Shown here: positions 61,627 through 64,000 of the stretch, in pieces
Numbering within the stretch: position 1 is the first letter of the stretch
Layout: each line of letters starts with the position of its first letter
Assembly: GCA_965248535.1 (NCBI GenBank)
Contig: CBDFJR010000005.1
Coordinates: forward strand, 1,024,001-1,088,000
DNA: 64,000 bases
Reading direction: 5' to 3'
Source: Phormidesmis sp.
Lineage (GTDB): Bacteria; Cyanobacteriota; Cyanobacteriia; Leptolyngbyales; Leptolyngbyaceae
The notes under the pieces: generated by a model
Databases searched by the model: none
Seen by the model: only the letters and a program-made list of their open reading frames with translations
What the model was told of the DNA's origin: nothing
Position numbers and translations under genes: made by a program

Positions 61627-61730
61627 GCCTTAACCTGGCAACACTGCAACAAACACAATATCCTAACAATTTTTTATAGGAGTTGTCAAAGAGATCGTTC
61701 TATGACTGCTTTAAAGGACTTTTGTGAACC

Positions 61731-61958
61731 CTATTTTTTGTTTCGTAGACGGTAGGTAATTCTACCCTTGGTCAAGTCATAAGGCGTGAGTTCGACTTTG
61801 ACGCGATCGCCGGGCAAAATTTTGATGTAGTTCCGGCGAATCTTCCCCGAAATGTGGGCTAACACGTTGAAGCCGTTATCGAGATCAACGCGAAACATCG
61901 CATTCGGCAAGGAATCGATCACGGTTCCTTCCATTTCGATGAGATCTTGTTTAGACAA
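61731..61958 (-). CDS. infA: Translation initiation factor IF-1
   Basis: LPNAMFRV...ISGKIR...[12 protein letters not shown]. Confidence 0.98.
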   Translation of the reverse strand: MSKQDLIEMEGTVIDSLPNAMFRVDLDNGFNVLAHISGKIRRNYIKILPGDRVKVELTPYDLTKGRITYRLRNKK

Positions 61959-62181
61959 ACTTAAATGCCTCCATTACTGCGGATGATTTCAGGAGTCAAC
62001 AGAATTCCTGCGGATTTCTGCTAGCTTCTTTGAGTTTAGATCATTAAATTTGTTTTTAACTTCTCAGACACAGTTTGTTAATCTCAATCTGTGGTAAGGG
62101 CAGGTCATAACAAATTTCTATCGAGTGCCGTTGCCAGCGGGATCGTCCTTTACGAGAGAGACGGATCGGGCGGGGTGATCG

Positions 62182-62730
62182 CTAAATGACCTGGCTCAGT
62201 TGCGCTGTCACCGCTTCCATTGACTGACTGCCGTCGATCGTGGTCAGTTTCTCACGGGTCTGATAGTAGTCAATCAAGGGGGCGGTTTGCTCTCGGTAGA
62301 CCTCTAAGCGACGACGAATCACCGCTTCGCTGTCGTCTTTGCGGCCTCGACTCAGCAGTCGCTCAATCAAGGCTTCGTCAGGGACATCGAGGTTGACCGC
62401 CCGATCGCAGGTTTGGGTTAACTCAGCCAGCAGTTCATCCAATGAGTCAGCCTGCACGACGGTGCGCGGATATCCATCTAGAATCCAGCCCAGTTGAGCG
62501 TCAGGCTGCCCCAACCGTTCTCGAATCAGATCGATCACAAGTTGGTCAGGAACCAGTTCACCTCGATCCATAAAGCCTTTGGCTTTGATGCCTAGGTCTG
62601 ATTGCTCAGAAACGGCTGCCCGCAGGATGTCTCCCGTCGAAATGTGAGGGATCTTGTGCGAGTCAGCTAGGAGTTGGGCTTGAGTTCCTTTGCCTGCCCC
62701 TGGTGGCCCTAGAAAGATTAATCGCGTCAC
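62182..62730 (-). CDS. adk: Adenylate kinase
   Basis: [17 protein letters not shown] and LDGYPR motifs. Confidence 0.97.
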   Translation of the reverse strand: MTRLIFLGPPGAGKGTQAQLLADSHKIPHISTGDILRAAVSEQSDLGIKAKGFMDRGELVPDQLVIDLIRERLGQPDAQLGWILDGYPRTVVQADSLDELLAELTQTCDRAVNLDVPDEALIERLLSRGRKDDSEAVIRRRLEVYREQTAPLIDYYQTREKLTTIDGSQSMEAVTAQLSQVI

Positions 62731-64000
62731 TATTGTTTCACCATTCCTTCATACCGTTGAGAGATGACGTAAGTTTGAATCTGCTTTGCGGTGTCAATCG
62801 CCACGCCCACCAAAATCAGCAAAGAGGTGGCACCAAAGCCTTGAAAGGTGGGAACCCGTGTCGCCGTCTCTACAAACGTGGGAACGATCGCCACAATGCC
62901 TAAGAAAAATCGCTCCTAAGAATGTCAGGCGATTCAAAACCCGCTCAATATACTCAGTCGTGGCCTTACCGGGGCGGATTCCTGGAATACTTGCGCCCAT
63001 CTTTTTCAAGTTCTTTGACATCTCATCGGGCTGAACCACCAGAGACGCATAGAAATAGCTGAAAAACAGAATCAGAACAAGATAAAAAACGCTGTGTTGC
63101 CAGGAGTTGGGGCCCAGATAATTGCTGATGAACTGACTGATCGAAGCGTTTTGAAAAGCTTGAGCGACCAATGCCGGGAGCGTCAAAACCGTGGAGGCGA
63201 AAATAATTGGCATCACGCCGCCTTGATTGAGACGCAGGGGCAGATAGCTGCTTTTTTCTAGATAAGTCCGGCGACCGACTTGACGACGAGCCGAGATGAT
63301 CGGAATTCTGCGCGTTCCTTCTTGGACGAAGACGATGCCGACGACCATAGCCAGAAAGACTAGGAGCAAAATCACGACTCCGCCGACGACGTTGCGATCG
63401 CCGCTCTGGGCCAACTCAAGGGTTTTGCCCAGCGATCGCGGCAGCGTTGAGACGATGTTCAGAAAGATCAGCAGCGATGCGCCGTTGCCGATGCCGCGCT
63501 CAGTGATCAACTCGCCCACCCACATCACAAACATCGAGCCTGCGGTCAAAGCCAGCACCGTTTCGGTGATGAATAACGGCCCCCAATCTGAAGCGAACGG
63601 ACGGAGTAACCCGATCGTCAGCATCAAACTTTGAATGACTGCCCATCCTCCCGCCACATACCTCGTGATTTGGGAGATTTTGCGCCGTCCAGCTTCACCT
63701 TCGTTTTTCTGCAAGTCTTCTAACGCCGGAATCGCAGCAGTCAGCAGTTGCAAAATAATCGAGGCATTGATGAAGGGAAGAATGCCTAAGGCAAAAATCC
63801 CCAACGTTCTCAGACCGCCCCCCGCAAATAAGTCAACAAAGCTGAGAGCCGTGTTGCCTTGAATATTGGCGGCAAACGCAGCCCGATCGATGCCAGGAAG
63901 CGGAATATAAATACCCAGACGCACCAGCACCAGCAAGCCAATGGTCAACAGCAAACGCCCCCTCAGTCCGGCAGCTTGAGCCATCTGAACAAAAGTTTCC
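62730..64000 (-). CDS. secY: Preprotein translocase SecY (5' end outside the window; +1 frameshift in the A5 run at 62905-62909)
   Basis: [11 protein letters not shown] and IPGIRPG motifs. The true C-terminus [15 protein letters not shown]...YEGMVKQ* is in the shifted frame. Confidence 0.95.

Overview
Cyanobacterial chromosomal segment: the HIP1 octamer GCGATCGC is very frequent, and hemH carries a CAB domain. The housekeeping backbone includes fni, pyrR, xth, pgl, gatB, argJ, hemH, gdhA, hisA, tmRNA, the pncB-nadD-nrtR-nadE operon with an NrtR box, and the secY...prfA end of the ribosomal operon. Four accessory patches interrupt it. (1) 8.6-12.4 kb: toxin-antitoxin and Uma2 modules separated by HIP1-anchored repeats, with one Uma2 gene split and scrambled by an IS200/IS605-type element. 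(2) 13.9-15.4 kb: an intact tnpB-only element inserted after TTAC at a host stop codon, which its right end regenerates. (3) 32.2-37.4 kb: xisHI, then an AT-rich two-gene operon (HEPN-like protein plus a BolA-like/ParA/second P-loop ATPase fusion), the best candidate for an uncharacterised defence system. (4) 41.8-45.9 kb: a decayed integron-like cassette array with attC sites and no integrase, then an orphan gene behind a structured leader, uORF and SD-sequestering hairpin. Frameshifts in secY and the carotenoid oxygenase suggest indel errors in the sequence. All protein calls come from recognised motifs, not database searches.
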